DNA of 64,000 nt from Desulfomicrobium sp. (GTDB taxonomy: Bacteria; Desulfobacterota; Desulfovibrionia; Desulfovibrionales; Desulfomicrobiaceae), in assembly GCA_040768745.1 (NCBI GenBank), contig JAXGMI010000001.1, positions 756,805 through 820,804 of the forward strand, read 5' to 3'. The position numbers and the translations under genes were made by a program. The notes beneath the pieces were generated by a model. It made no database searches. It had not been told where the DNA came from and worked only from the letters and a program-made list of their open reading frames with translations. Shown here one piece after another: positions 17,516 to 26,294 of this stretch. Each line of letters starts with the position of its first letter. The stretch's first letter is position 1.

Positions 17516-19083
17516 TCCTGGATCAGTACGGCAAGCCGGTTCGCAAGAACATGCTGGACAAGGAACTCGCGGCCCCTGGTTTGACCGGGGTCCGTTCGCT
17601 TTGGAATTTCGGCCAGGTCGCCACCGGCCTGACACCGGCCGGCATGGCCAGCGTCCTGCGCGACGCGGCCGAAGGCGGCGACCATGACACCTATCTGACC
17701 CTGGCCGAGGAGATGGAGGAGCGCGACGCGCATTATTCGTCCGTGCTCGGGACCAGGAAGCGGGCTGTCTCCGGGCTGCCGGTGGTGATCGAGGCCGCCA
17801 CGGACGACGCCAAGGACGTGCAGCTGGCTGACGAGATCCGCGCCCTGCTCGCCCGCAGCGGAACCAGGGCCATGATGGAGGACTGCCTGGACGGCCTGGG
17901 CAAGGGCTACGCCGTGGTCGAGATCATCTGGGACAGGTCATCCCTGCCCTGGGTGCCGGCGCGTTACGTGTTCCGGGACCCCAGGTTCTTCCAGTTCGAC
18001 AGGCTCACCAGGTCGGAACTCATGCTGCGCGACGAGTCGGACATGATGAACGGCGTGGCGCTGGAGCCGTACAAGTTCATCCGTCACATCCCGAAGCTCA
18101 AGAGCGGCATCCCGATCCGGGGCGGCCTGGCGAGGGTGGTGGCCTGGTCGTGGATGTTCAAGCACTACGGTCTCAAGGACTGGATGGCCTTTGCCGAGGT
18201 CTTCGGCATGCCCCTGCGCCTGGGCAAATACAGGCCGGGCGAATCGCAGGCCAACATCGACATCCTGAAGATGGCCGTGGCCAACCTGGGCATCGATGCC
18301 GCAGCCGTGATCCCTGAAGGCATGTCGATCGAGTTCGAGGAGCTGGCCAACACCGCCGGCGGCGCGGACCTGTTCGAGCGCCTGGCGCGGTTCATGGACA
18401 GCCAGATCAGCAAGGCGGTGCTCGGCCAGACCATGACCACGGACGACGGGTCCAGCCGGGCCCAGGCCGAGGTGCATGATCAGGTGCGCACGGACCTGCG
18501 CGACGCCGACGCCGGCCAGTTGGCCGAGACGCTGGAGCGCGACCTGGTCATCCCGTACATCGTGCTGAACCATGGACCGCAGAAGGCCTACCCGCGCGTG
18601 TGCCTGCGCGAGCCGGAGTCAGCCGACGTGACCGTGCTGTCGGAGGCGTTGGGCATCCTGGTGCCGCTGGGCCTGCGGGTTGAGGCGTCCGAGGTGCGGG
18701 ACAAGCTGGGCTTCAGCGACCCGGCTCCGGACGCGGAGTGCCTGCAGCCGGCCCCCGTTGCCATGCCCGAGGCGCAGCCGCAACCAGCCCAGAAAGACCA
18801 GGCCATGAACCGCGCCGAAGCCACACGCTTCACCGCGGACCAGCAGGCCCTGGAGGACCTGGTGGCCGGCGTCGTGCCCGAGGGGGCTGGGGCCATGGCC
18901 GGTATCGGCCGGGAGATCGACGAGCTCATCCGACGGGCCACATCGTTCGAGGAGCTGCGGATCATGCTGGCGGACTATCTGGACCAGGCCGGTGATGACG
19001 AGCTGCAGGACGGCGTGCACCGCTCCATGGTCGCCGCCGATCTGTGGGGCCAGACCCAAGCCGGGGGCGAGGATGGCGCCTAA
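17512..19083 (+). CDS. Portal protein (Mu gp29, DUF935)
   Basis: MILDQYGKP, EEMEERDAH..VLGTRKRAV, EVFGMPLRLGKY, ISKAVLGQT..T motifs. Confidence 0.9.
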   Translation: MILDQYGKPVRKNMLDKELAAPGLTGVRSLWNFGQVATGLTPAGMASVLRDAAEGGDHDTYLTLAEEMEERDAHYSSVLGTRKRAVSGLPVVIEAATDDAKDVQLADEIRALLARSGTRAMMEDCLDGLGKGYAVVEIIWDRSSLPWVPARYVFRDPRFFQFDRLTRSELMLRDESDMMNGVALEPYKFIRHIPKLKSGIPIRGGLARVVAWSWMFKHYGLKDWMAFAEVFGMPLRLGKYRPGESQANIDILKMAVANLGIDAAAVIPEGMSIEFEELANTAGGADLFERLARFMDSQISKAVLGQTMTTDDGSSRAQAEVHDQVRTDLRDADAGQLAETLERDLVIPYIVLNHGPQKAYPRVCLREPESADVTVLSEALGILVPLGLRVEASEVRDKLGFSDPAPDAECLQPAPVAMPEAQPQPAQKDQAMNRAEATRFTADQQALEDLVAGVVPEGAGAMAGIGREIDELIRRATSFEELRIMLADYLDQAGDDELQDGVHRSMVAADLWGQTQAGGEDGA

Positions 19084-20422
19084 GCCCACGGCCAGGAACG
19101 CCTACGCCGACATCGAGGCACCGCTGCGCCCGCTGCCAATGGCCGAGGCCATTGAGTTCTGGCGCGGCAAGGTCCAGCTTTCCCCCAGGGAATTCTACCG
19201 GCTGGCCGAGGAATACAGGGTGCGTGCCTTCACGGTCTCGCGCTTGGCGCGGGCGGACATGCTCGGGGAGATCTTCGAGTCCATCGACCAGGCTTTGGCG
19301 GATGGCGTGAGCTTCGGGGCCTGGAAGAAGTCCCTCGCGCCCATCTGGGAGGAGAACGGGTGGACGGGCGTGCGCGCCTGGCGCGTGGACAACATCTTCC
19401 GCACGAACATCCAGACGGCCTACAACGTGGGGCGTTACAAGCAGATGCAGGCCGTGGCCAAGGTCAGGCCGTATTGGCAGTACAGCGCGGTCAACGACTC
19501 GCGCACCAGACCGACGCACCGGGCCCTGCACGGGCGCGTCTACCGCCATGACAGCCCATTCTGGGACACCTTCTATCCGCCGAACGGGTTCCGCTGCCGG
19601 TGCAAGGTCAAGACCCTGTCAGAACGGCAGGTCAGAGAGCGTGGTTTAACGGTGCACGAGGGCAACGGCTTGGGCGAACTGATCGAACCTGTGGGGCCGA
19701 ACGGACCCATGCCGGCCCGGCCGCTCATGCCGGACAGAGGGTTCGAGGGGAACCCGGGCAAGGAGGCCTGGGCGCCGGATCTGTCACGGTACCCGGACAT
19801 CCTGCGGGAGAAGCTGGAGAAGGCGAGGCCTGAGCCGCAGTTCATCAAGTTCCGGGCATCGTCGACGCAGGACGAGGCGCGGGCATTCGCCGCGCAGACC
19901 GGCGTGCACGCGGAATACGATCAGCTTTCGACAAACAAGCGCCTCGGCGTGGCCAACTACGTCAACGCCGGGCTGGCGGAAGCTCATGAGCTTGGCGTCT
20001 CCAGGCCGGCCTTCGTGCGCGTCATGCCCGAGGTCTTCGACAAGGTTCCCAACGCGCCGATGGCCTACATCGCCGACGAGGACACGCTGGCCATCAACCC
20101 GGCGTACCCGTTCGCCGACCTTATCAGGTATACGCGGGCCCAGTACGAAGCCGGGGAATGGTCGACACCGGACCCACTGCATGCCGTTCGACACGAGATC
20201 GGGCACGCCATGGTTCGACACGCCGCGCCACTGCGCTACCCTCGGTTGCAGAGCGCCCGGAAACTCTCTACGTCTGCGACTGAGCTGGTGAAAAAAGAGG
20301 TCAGCGAATACGCGGCTACAAGCCCACTGGAACTAGTCTCGGAAGTCTATGCCGGGATGCGCTCCGGAAAGACGTACAGCGACAAGGTCATACGCCTGTA
20401 CCGGGCCTACGGAGGACAATGA
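19073..20422 (+). CDS. Long MuF (gp30) head morphogenesis protein with C-terminal zinc-metallopeptidase-like toxin domain
   Basis: MuF core (NIFRTNIQTAYN.GR, D.RTRPTH, YPPNGFRCRC) plus ~190-aa extension with HEIGH and SEYA..SPLELVSEVYA. Confidence 0.8.
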   Translation: MAPKPTARNAYADIEAPLRPLPMAEAIEFWRGKVQLSPREFYRLAEEYRVRAFTVSRLARADMLGEIFESIDQALADGVSFGAWKKSLAPIWEENGWTGVRAWRVDNIFRTNIQTAYNVGRYKQMQAVAKVRPYWQYSAVNDSRTRPTHRALHGRVYRHDSPFWDTFYPPNGFRCRCKVKTLSERQVRERGLTVHEGNGLGELIEPVGPNGPMPARPLMPDRGFEGNPGKEAWAPDLSRYPDILREKLEKARPEPQFIKFRASSTQDEARAFAAQTGVHAEYDQLSTNKRLGVANYVNAGLAEAHELGVSRPAFVRVMPEVFDKVPNAPMAYIADEDTLAINPAYPFADLIRYTRAQYEAGEWSTPDPLHAVRHEIGHAMVRHAAPLRYPRLQSARKLSTSATELVKKEVSEYAATSPLELVSEVYAGMRSGKTYSDKVIRLYRAYGGQ

Positions 20423-20646
20423 TGATACAGACGGCGCAGTGCCTGGGGTGTGCGCACTACAGGCGCGGCAGCAAGGTTCGCGGCGGGAGCTGCGAGGCGT
20501 ATCCGCAAGGCATCCCGCATGAAATCTACAGCAACAAGGTCCGCCACGACGCCCCGTACCCAGGGGACAACGGCATCATGTTCGACCCTGCACCGGTGGA
20601 TCCGGACGCGGAGTTTGTGTTCGACGAGACCATGCTCAAGGAGTGA
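20419..20646 (+). CDS. Small Cys-containing protein, putative MuF toxin immunity
   Basis: CxxC..CEAYPQGIP..I..H..P..GDNGI.F; coupled (ATGA) to MuF stop. Confidence 0.6.
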   Translation: MMIQTAQCLGCAHYRRGSKVRGGSCEAYPQGIPHEIYSNKVRHDAPYPGDNGIMFDPAPVDPDAEFVFDETMLKE

Positions 20647-21047
20647 CCATGTGCAAGAACATCGACGACTTCAACCGAGGATGCGCCCTGATCATGGGGC
20701 GTCTCTACGCTTCGTTCCCCAAGCCGCTCGCCGTCAGGGTCGAAGAACTGGACAAGGGCCCGGAGGCCCCGGATCGGGAGGCGCTGGAAGTCTACGGCGC
20801 GACAGTGGAATTCCTGGCCGAAGAGGGCTACGTCAGGTTCGGAAGCAAGGCCGGGCCTGAAAACGCACGGCTATTTATGAACGTGCGCCTGACCAGCAAG
20901 GGCCTGGCCGCGTTGAACCGCAGCCCAGAAGCCCCGAGCGTTTCGAAAGGCACCATCGGTGACCGGGTCGTCGCGTGGAGCAAGGACACCATCGCCGGGG
21001 TGGCCAGCGATGCAATCAGGCACGCCGTGTCCGTGATCCTGGGATAA
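20643..21047 (+). CDS. Hypothetical winged-helix-like moron protein
   Basis: TVEFLAEEGYV..VRLTSKG pattern; coupled to previous gene; followed by hairpin. Confidence 0.6.
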   Translation: MTMCKNIDDFNRGCALIMGRLYASFPKPLAVRVEELDKGPEAPDREALEVYGATVEFLAEEGYVRFGSKAGPENARLFMNVRLTSKGLAALNRSPEAPSVSKGTIGDRVVAWSKDTIAGVASDAIRHAVSVILG

Positions 21048-21066
21048 CCAAACACCCTTTCCTTCG

Positions 21067-21098
21067 AAGCCCCCTTGGTAAAACTTGGGGGCTTTTCC
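21067..21098 (+). terminator. Putative terminator after MuF cassette
   Basis: AAGCCCCC-N12-GGGGGCTT then TT. Confidence 0.5.
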
Positions 21099-21293
21099 TT
21101 TCCTTGGCCCCTCGTTTTTGCCAGTAGCTCTAAAATCAATTCTCCCGCGTTGCGGACACTGCCCCCTGCCCTCGGGTCACATTTTGTTCTCGCGCATTTT
21201 CTAACGGGGGTTTAACGGGGCAAAAACGGCACGTCCGCCCTTTGGACAGGTCGTCCATCCCGCCCTTCGCCTGTCTCTCTCGAAAATCCCCTC

Positions 21294-21325
21294 ATACACG
21301 AAAATCAGGTTCGTCTCGCCAGGAA
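21294..21325 (+). promoter_or_regulatory. Putative activator-dependent late promoter motif (head operon)
   Basis: ATACAC-N17-CGCCAGGAA, second copy of 12731-12762. Confidence 0.45.
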
Positions 21326-21403
21326 CCCGTGCCGTCCTGCGCTGCGTGTGCGTCTTGCCTATGGTTTCGCCACATAACCCGGCTGACCGGGAAGGAGGGG
21401 TGA

Positions 21404-21682
21404 ATGAAGAAACAGGAGCTGGTTTCGGCCTTGGCCGAAGCCTCCGGGGACAGCAAGGCCGCCTGTGAGCGGATGCTGGATGCGCTGGCCTCGGTTTGTC
21501 GCGACGCCCTGTACAGGGGGCGCAGTCTCAATCTGCCGGGGCTTGGCAAGCTGAAGCTGAAGCAGCTGGCGGCCAGGTCCATCAGGACCCCGCAGGGCGT
21601 GGACATGGACGTACCGGCCAGGACGGCGGTCAAATTTCGCCCGGCGCAGGCCATCAAGGACATGCTGGAGGGCGAAGAATGA
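21404..21682 (+). CDS. Phage HU-family DNA-binding protein
   Basis: MKKQELVSALAE, LPGLGKL, ARSIRTPQG, VPARTAVKFRPA..IKD. Confidence 0.85.
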   Translation: MKKQELVSALAEASGDSKAACERMLDALASVCRDALYRGRSLNLPGLGKLKLKQLAARSIRTPQGVDMDVPARTAVKFRPAQAIKDMLEGEE

Positions 21683-22704
21683 AGCGCCTGGCCGTGTCGG
21701 CTTCCGGCCTGGTCCGCGCGCTCAACTCCATGGGCGTGAACGCCGCCGCGCTGAGCCCGGTCTTGGCCATCAACGCCCAAGCTTTGGCGAACTCGGCTCA
21801 GGCCCCGGAGTGGATCTGCCTGATCCCCGCCGGGAAGGTCGTCGGCCGCGACGGCAGGGAGTGGGTCAACGACCGCCCCCAGCTGGTCCTGGAAGCCTTC
21901 AACGCCCAGGGCATGGATCTGCCTCTCGACCTGGAGCACTCCACCGAGCTGCAGGCCCCGCAGGGTCAACCGGCCCCGGCCGTCGGCTGGATCAAGGAGC
22001 TGCAGTCCAGGGTCGGGGAGATCTGGGGCCGTGTGGATTGGACCGAAGCGGGCCGCAACGCCGTGGAGTCCAGGTCCTACCGGTACGTCAGCCCGGTTAT
22101 CGTTTTCGAACGGGCGTCCAAGCGGGTGGTGGCGCTCACGTCGGTGGGCCTGACCAACCGTCCGAATCTCTTTTTACAGGCCCTGAACGGGCAGGAGAAA
22201 AACATGGAGCTGAAAAAGTTGCTGGCGGCCCTGGGGCTGCCCGAGACCGCCTCGTTCGACGAGGCCATGGCCCACCTGGGCAAATTGAAGGGCGACCTGG
22301 TCACGGCCACCAACGCCGCCGCCAGCCCGTCCCTGGACAAGTTCGTGCCGCGCGCGGACTTCGACGCGGCCCTGGCCCGTGCCACCAACGCCGAGGCGTC
22401 CCTGGCCGACCAGGCCAAGCAGGCCAAGGACAAGGACATCAAGGCCGCCATCGAGAAGGCCCTGGCCGAAGGCAAGATCACGCCGGCCACCGTCGACTAC
22501 CACAAGGAGCAGTGCGCCCTGGAAGGCGGGCTGGAGCGCTTCGCCGAATACTGCAAGGCAGCCCCGGTGATCGCCGATCCGTCCACGATGGACAAGAAGC
22601 AGCCCGGCGAGGGCGCGGTCATCGACGATGTGCAGCGGGCGGTGAACGCGATGATGGGCATCGATGACGAGACCTTCAAGAAGTACAACCCCAAATCCAA
22701 ATAG
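21679..22704 (+). CDS. Mu-type head protease/scaffold (gpI, gp32)
   Basis: WICLIPAG..GRDGR.W, LPLDLEH, PAVGWI, WTEAG..YRYVSPV, LTNRPNL. Confidence 0.9.
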   Translation: MKRLAVSASGLVRALNSMGVNAAALSPVLAINAQALANSAQAPEWICLIPAGKVVGRDGREWVNDRPQLVLEAFNAQGMDLPLDLEHSTELQAPQGQPAPAVGWIKELQSRVGEIWGRVDWTEAGRNAVESRSYRYVSPVIVFERASKRVVALTSVGLTNRPNLFLQALNGQEKNMELKKLLAALGLPETASFDEAMAHLGKLKGDLVTATNAAASPSLDKFVPRADFDAALARATNAEASLADQAKQAKDKDIKAAIEKALAEGKITPATVDYHKEQCALEGGLERFAEYCKAAPVIADPSTMDKKQPGEGAVIDDVQRAVNAMMGIDDETFKKYNPKSK

Positions 22705-22729
22705 CCCGACCGGCAAGGAAGAATGAATC

Positions 22730-23605
22730 ATGACAGCTTTAGCAGCGGACAAGCGGCTCGAATACACCGAGGGCGTCGAGCTCGCCTTCCCCATCGATGA
22801 TGGCGACGTCATCTACGGTGGCGCCTTCGTGTGCGTCAACGCGGCCGGGTATGCCGTCCCCGGATCGGATACGGCCGGCCTCATCTTCCAGGGCGTGTCT
22901 ATCCACCACGTCGACAACTCCCTGGGCCAGGACGGAGACGAATACGTGGTCCTGCGTCGGCGCGGTCTGATCAAGGCCACCTTGGGCAGCACCATCACCC
23001 AGGCGAATGTCGGCGACAGCGTGTTCCTGGTCGACGACCAGACCGTGGACCTGGTCGCGAACGTGACCCACGACATCTTCTGCGGCGTGATCGCAGGGTT
23101 CATTGGCGCGAATCAGGCCTGGATCGACATCGAGCCGGCCATTCGCCAGGCCGACGTGGCCACCCACATCGCCGACGCCAGCGCCGCGCACGCCGCATCG
23201 GCCATTTCCGTCGCCGATGCCGGAGAGTTCACGGCCGAGACCACGGCCGAAGGCGCCCTGCAGGAACTCTACGGGAAGACGCCTCTGCCCGTGGCAGACC
23301 CCGGCAACGGACAGGCGCTGCCAGCGAACCGATCCGCCGCCGTGTCCCTGACCACCGGCGCGACCGGGCAGACCAGGACTTTGGCCGCACCGGCAGCCGC
23401 CGGACTGATCCTGACCCTGTGCCTGGGCGTCGACGGAGGCGGTGATTGTGTCGTGACCGTGGCGTCGGCCATCAACCAGGCCGGGAACAACACCATCACC
23501 CTGGGCGACGCTGGAGACACCGTCGTGCTCACGTCGGTGGTGATCGGAGCGGCCAAGGCGTGGCGCCTGGTCGTCAATGACGGCTGCAGCCTGACCACGG
23601 TCTAA
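22730..23605 (+). CDS. Putative capsid decoration/cement protein with C-terminal extension
   Basis: IYGGAFV..AGYAVP..G.S..VDNS.G.DG..V..RRG..DDQTV N-terminal pattern; located between protease and capsid genes. Confidence 0.6.
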   Translation: MTALAADKRLEYTEGVELAFPIDDGDVIYGGAFVCVNAAGYAVPGSDTAGLIFQGVSIHHVDNSLGQDGDEYVVLRRRGLIKATLGSTITQANVGDSVFLVDDQTVDLVANVTHDIFCGVIAGFIGANQAWIDIEPAIRQADVATHIADASAAHAASAISVADAGEFTAETTAEGALQELYGKTPLPVADPGNGQALPANRSAAVSLTTGATGQTRTLAAPAAAGLILTLCLGVDGGGDCVVTVASAINQAGNNTITLGDAGDTVVLTSVVIGAAKAWRLVVNDGCSLTTV

Positions 23606-23632
23606 CCATCAAGCATGGAGAGGAACCATACA

Positions 23633-24694
23633 ATGAGCAAAATGATCAAGACCCTGTGCGTCTGGGCGGTGCTTGTCGCCGGCGTGCTGTTCGCGGTGCC
23701 CGTGTCCGGCATGGCTGCCGACTTTCGGACCATGGATCTGGCAGGATTTGGCATCGGTGTGGCCGGCCTGCTGGTGAACAAGGCGACCCTGGACGCGCTG
23801 TTCACCAGCCTGAAGACGACGTTCAACAACGCCTTCGCCGGAGCTCCCAGTCAGTGGGAGCTGACGGCCATGAAGGTCCCGAGCGGGTCCGGCCGGAACG
23901 ACTACGGATGGCTTTCCGCCTTCCCCCGCATGAAAAAGTGGATTGGCGACAAGGCCGTCAAGGCGCTGGAGGCGTTCAAGTACTCCATCGTCAACGATGA
24001 CTTCGAGGCCACCGTCGAGGTGGATCGCAACGACATCGAGGACGACAACCTCGGGATCTACGCCCCGCAGGCGCAGATGGCCGGCTTCAGCGCGAAGCAG
24101 CTGCCGGACGAGATCGTGGCCGACCTGAAGAACAACGCCTTCGCTAGCAAATGCTACGACGACCAGAACTTCTACGACACGGACCATCCGGTGACCAACC
24201 CCGCCACCGGTGTGGCCGCCTCGGTCAGCAACAAGTCGACCGTGGCCCTGTCCGGCGCGACCCAGGCCACCGCAGTCGCCAGCTACGGTGCGGCGCGCAC
24301 CGCCATCATGAGCTTCAAGGACGACGAGGGCCGGCCGTTGGGTCTGATCCCAGATGTCCTGGAAGTTCCGCCCGCCCTTGAGACCGAGGGCCGCCGCCTG
24401 CTGGAGATGGACAAGCTGGCCGACGACACCCCGAACCCCTTCAAGGGCACGGCCAAGCTGGTGATCAACCCGCGCCTGACTTCGACCACCGCCTGGTTCC
24501 TGCACGTGACCAGCATGCCGGTGAAGCCCTTCGTCTACCAGGAGCGCAAGGCCCCGGTGTTCGTCGAGCAGACCGACGCCCAGGCGGACAACGTGTTCAT
24601 GCGCAAGAAGTTCCGCTTCGGCGCCGAAGCCCGCTGCGCCGGCGGTTATGCCTTCTGGCAGATGTCCTACGGCAGCACCGGCACCGGCGAGTAA
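23633..24694 (+). CDS. Major capsid protein (Mu gpT-like) with hydrophobic N-terminal leader
   Basis: YGWLSAFPRMKKWIGD, FEATVEVDRNDIEDDNLGIY, WFL..VKPF.YQER, FGAEAR..G..FWQ. Confidence 0.9.
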   Translation: MSKMIKTLCVWAVLVAGVLFAVPVSGMAADFRTMDLAGFGIGVAGLLVNKATLDALFTSLKTTFNNAFAGAPSQWELTAMKVPSGSGRNDYGWLSAFPRMKKWIGDKAVKALEAFKYSIVNDDFEATVEVDRNDIEDDNLGIYAPQAQMAGFSAKQLPDEIVADLKNNAFASKCYDDQNFYDTDHPVTNPATGVAASVSNKSTVALSGATQATAVASYGAARTAIMSFKDDEGRPLGLIPDVLEVPPALETEGRRLLEMDKLADDTPNPFKGTAKLVINPRLTSTTAWFLHVTSMPVKPFVYQERKAPVFVEQTDAQADNVFMRKKFRFGAEARCAGGYAFWQMSYGSTGTGE

Positions 24695-24746
24695 CGGCAA
24701 ATCCAGGGGCCGGGAGCGATCCCGGCCCACTGAACACGGAGCGCAC

Positions 24747-24965
24747 ATGATCATCATCACTGCAAAAAAAGACGGCTTCCGCCGCTGCGGGGTCGCTCAC
24801 AGCGCACGTCCTGTCGAACACAAGGACGATGCCTTCACTCCGGAGCAACTGGCCGAACTGCAGGCCGAGCCCATGCTCGTCGTGGAGCTCGTCACCGAAA
24901 AGGCCAATGGGCCTGCCCCAAAGCCGGTTCAGAAGCCGGCCACAAAAAAGGGCGGGAAGGAATAG
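24747..24965 (+). CDS. Mu gp35 / HI1506-like head protein
   Basis: ITAKKDGFRRCG.AH..FTPEQLAELQAEPML.V. Confidence 0.75.
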   Translation: MIIITAKKDGFRRCGVAHSARPVEHKDDAFTPEQLAELQAEPMLVVELVTEKANGPAPKPVQKPATKKGGKE

Positions 24966-24968
24966 CCC

Positions 24969-25400
24969 ATGTACAGCACCGTCGACCAGATCCTGAAGCT
25001 GCTCCCCGAGTCCGAGGTTTTGCAGCTGGCCGATGACGACTCGGCCGATGACATCACCGACGAGGCAGTGGTCGCCGTGCTGGAGGAAGCCATCGAGCAG
25101 GCTGACCGGGAGATCGACGCCTACGTGGGCACGGTCAAGCGGGTCCCGCTTTCGCCGGTCCCGGCCCTGATCGAGAACCTGTCCACCAAGCTGGCCGTCC
25201 ATCACCTCTGGCTGCGCCGACCAGGTGTGGCCGAGCCTGAGATATGGCAGCGGGAGACGGCCAGGTGCATGCGCCTGCTGGAGGCCATCGCCACCGGCAA
25301 GATGGCCCTGGGCGCGGAAGATGGCGCGGCCTCGGACCCCAGCCAGGGGACGGCATCGTTCACGGCGAGTGAGCGGCTGATGTCGCGGAGGACGCTGTAA
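24969..25400 (+). CDS. Head-tail connector (Mu gp36, DUF1320)
   Basis: MYST..AIEQADREIDAY..PL..VP..LEAIATGK. Confidence 0.85.
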   Translation: MYSTVDQILKLLPESEVLQLADDDSADDITDEAVVAVLEEAIEQADREIDAYVGTVKRVPLSPVPALIENLSTKLAVHHLWLRRPGVAEPEIWQRETARCMRLLEAIATGKMALGAEDGAASDPSQGTASFTASERLMSRRTL

Positions 25401-25837
25401 TGTCCGGCCTGTCCATCAAGATCGAGTCCGTCCAGATGGAGGCCGTGCTGAACGAGCTGGCCGCCAGGATGGGCGACCTGACGCCGGTCATGCAGACGAT
25501 TGGCGAGATCATCGTGGAGCAGACGGACACGGCCTTTGAAACGGGCGTTGCCCCGGACGGGAAGGCCTGGCCGGCATCCGGGCGGGCTTTGGCCACCGGC
25601 GGCCAGACGCTGATCGACACGGCAGTGCTGCGCAATTCCATCACCGTCCAGGCAACCGAGAACCAGGTGGAGGTCGGGACGAACGTCCTTTACGCCGCAA
25701 TCCACCAGCTTGGCGGAAAGGCAGGGCGCGGGAAGAAAGCGATCATCCCGGCACGGCCGTTCCTGCCCGATCAGGGCAGTCTCGACTGGCCCGAGGTGAA
25801 GGCCACGCTGCTGGACTTCCTGCAAGGAGGATCATGA
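25400..25837 (+). CDS. Virion morphogenesis / tail completion protein (Mu gpG-like)
   Basis: F..G.APDG..W..TLIDT..LRNSI..VGTN..YAAIHQLGG..IPARPFL. Confidence 0.85.
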   Translation: MSGLSIKIESVQMEAVLNELAARMGDLTPVMQTIGEIIVEQTDTAFETGVAPDGKAWPASGRALATGGQTLIDTAVLRNSITVQATENQVEVGTNVLYAAIHQLGGKAGRGKKAIIPARPFLPDQGSLDWPEVKATLLDFLQGGS

Positions 25838-26271
25838 TGACCAGGCTGGAACACGAGGACGCGATTGTCGACATCCTCAAAAAGGCAATGTCGGCCGGGG
25901 TGGTCGTTGAGCCGCTGCCCATGGGCTTGTCCGACCGCAAGGCCTTGGACGTGCGCGGGAGCGCTGTCTGGGTGGTCTATGCCGGCGGCAAGCCGAAACC
26001 GGGTCAGGACCCGAAGACCATGATGCACGCCGAGACGTGGGTGTGGTCCTGCCTGGTGCTGACCAAGGAGTACCGGTCGACAAAGGCCGGGGCCGTTACA
26101 GCCTTGGGGCTGCTGGAAGCCGTTAACGCGGCCCTGTCCGGGGCCAAGGTGGACGCGGCGCGCACGCTGACCAGGCTGGGGGATCAGCTCCTTCGCCTGC
26201 CGGAAGGGTGCGGGCTGATGGGCTACGAGGCCCAATTCGCAATCAACGTATTCGCCCCGCGCGGGGCATAG
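25834..26271 (+). CDS. Mu gp37-like tail terminator
   Basis: Position between gpG-like gene and tail tube; size 145 aa. Confidence 0.55.
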   Translation: MMTRLEHEDAIVDILKKAMSAGVVVEPLPMGLSDRKALDVRGSAVWVVYAGGKPKPGQDPKTMMHAETWVWSCLVLTKEYRSTKAGAVTALGLLEAVNAALSGAKVDAARTLTRLGDQLLRLPEGCGLMGYEAQFAINVFAPRGA

Positions 26272-26294
26272 GGCAACGGCCCGAGGAGAGATCT

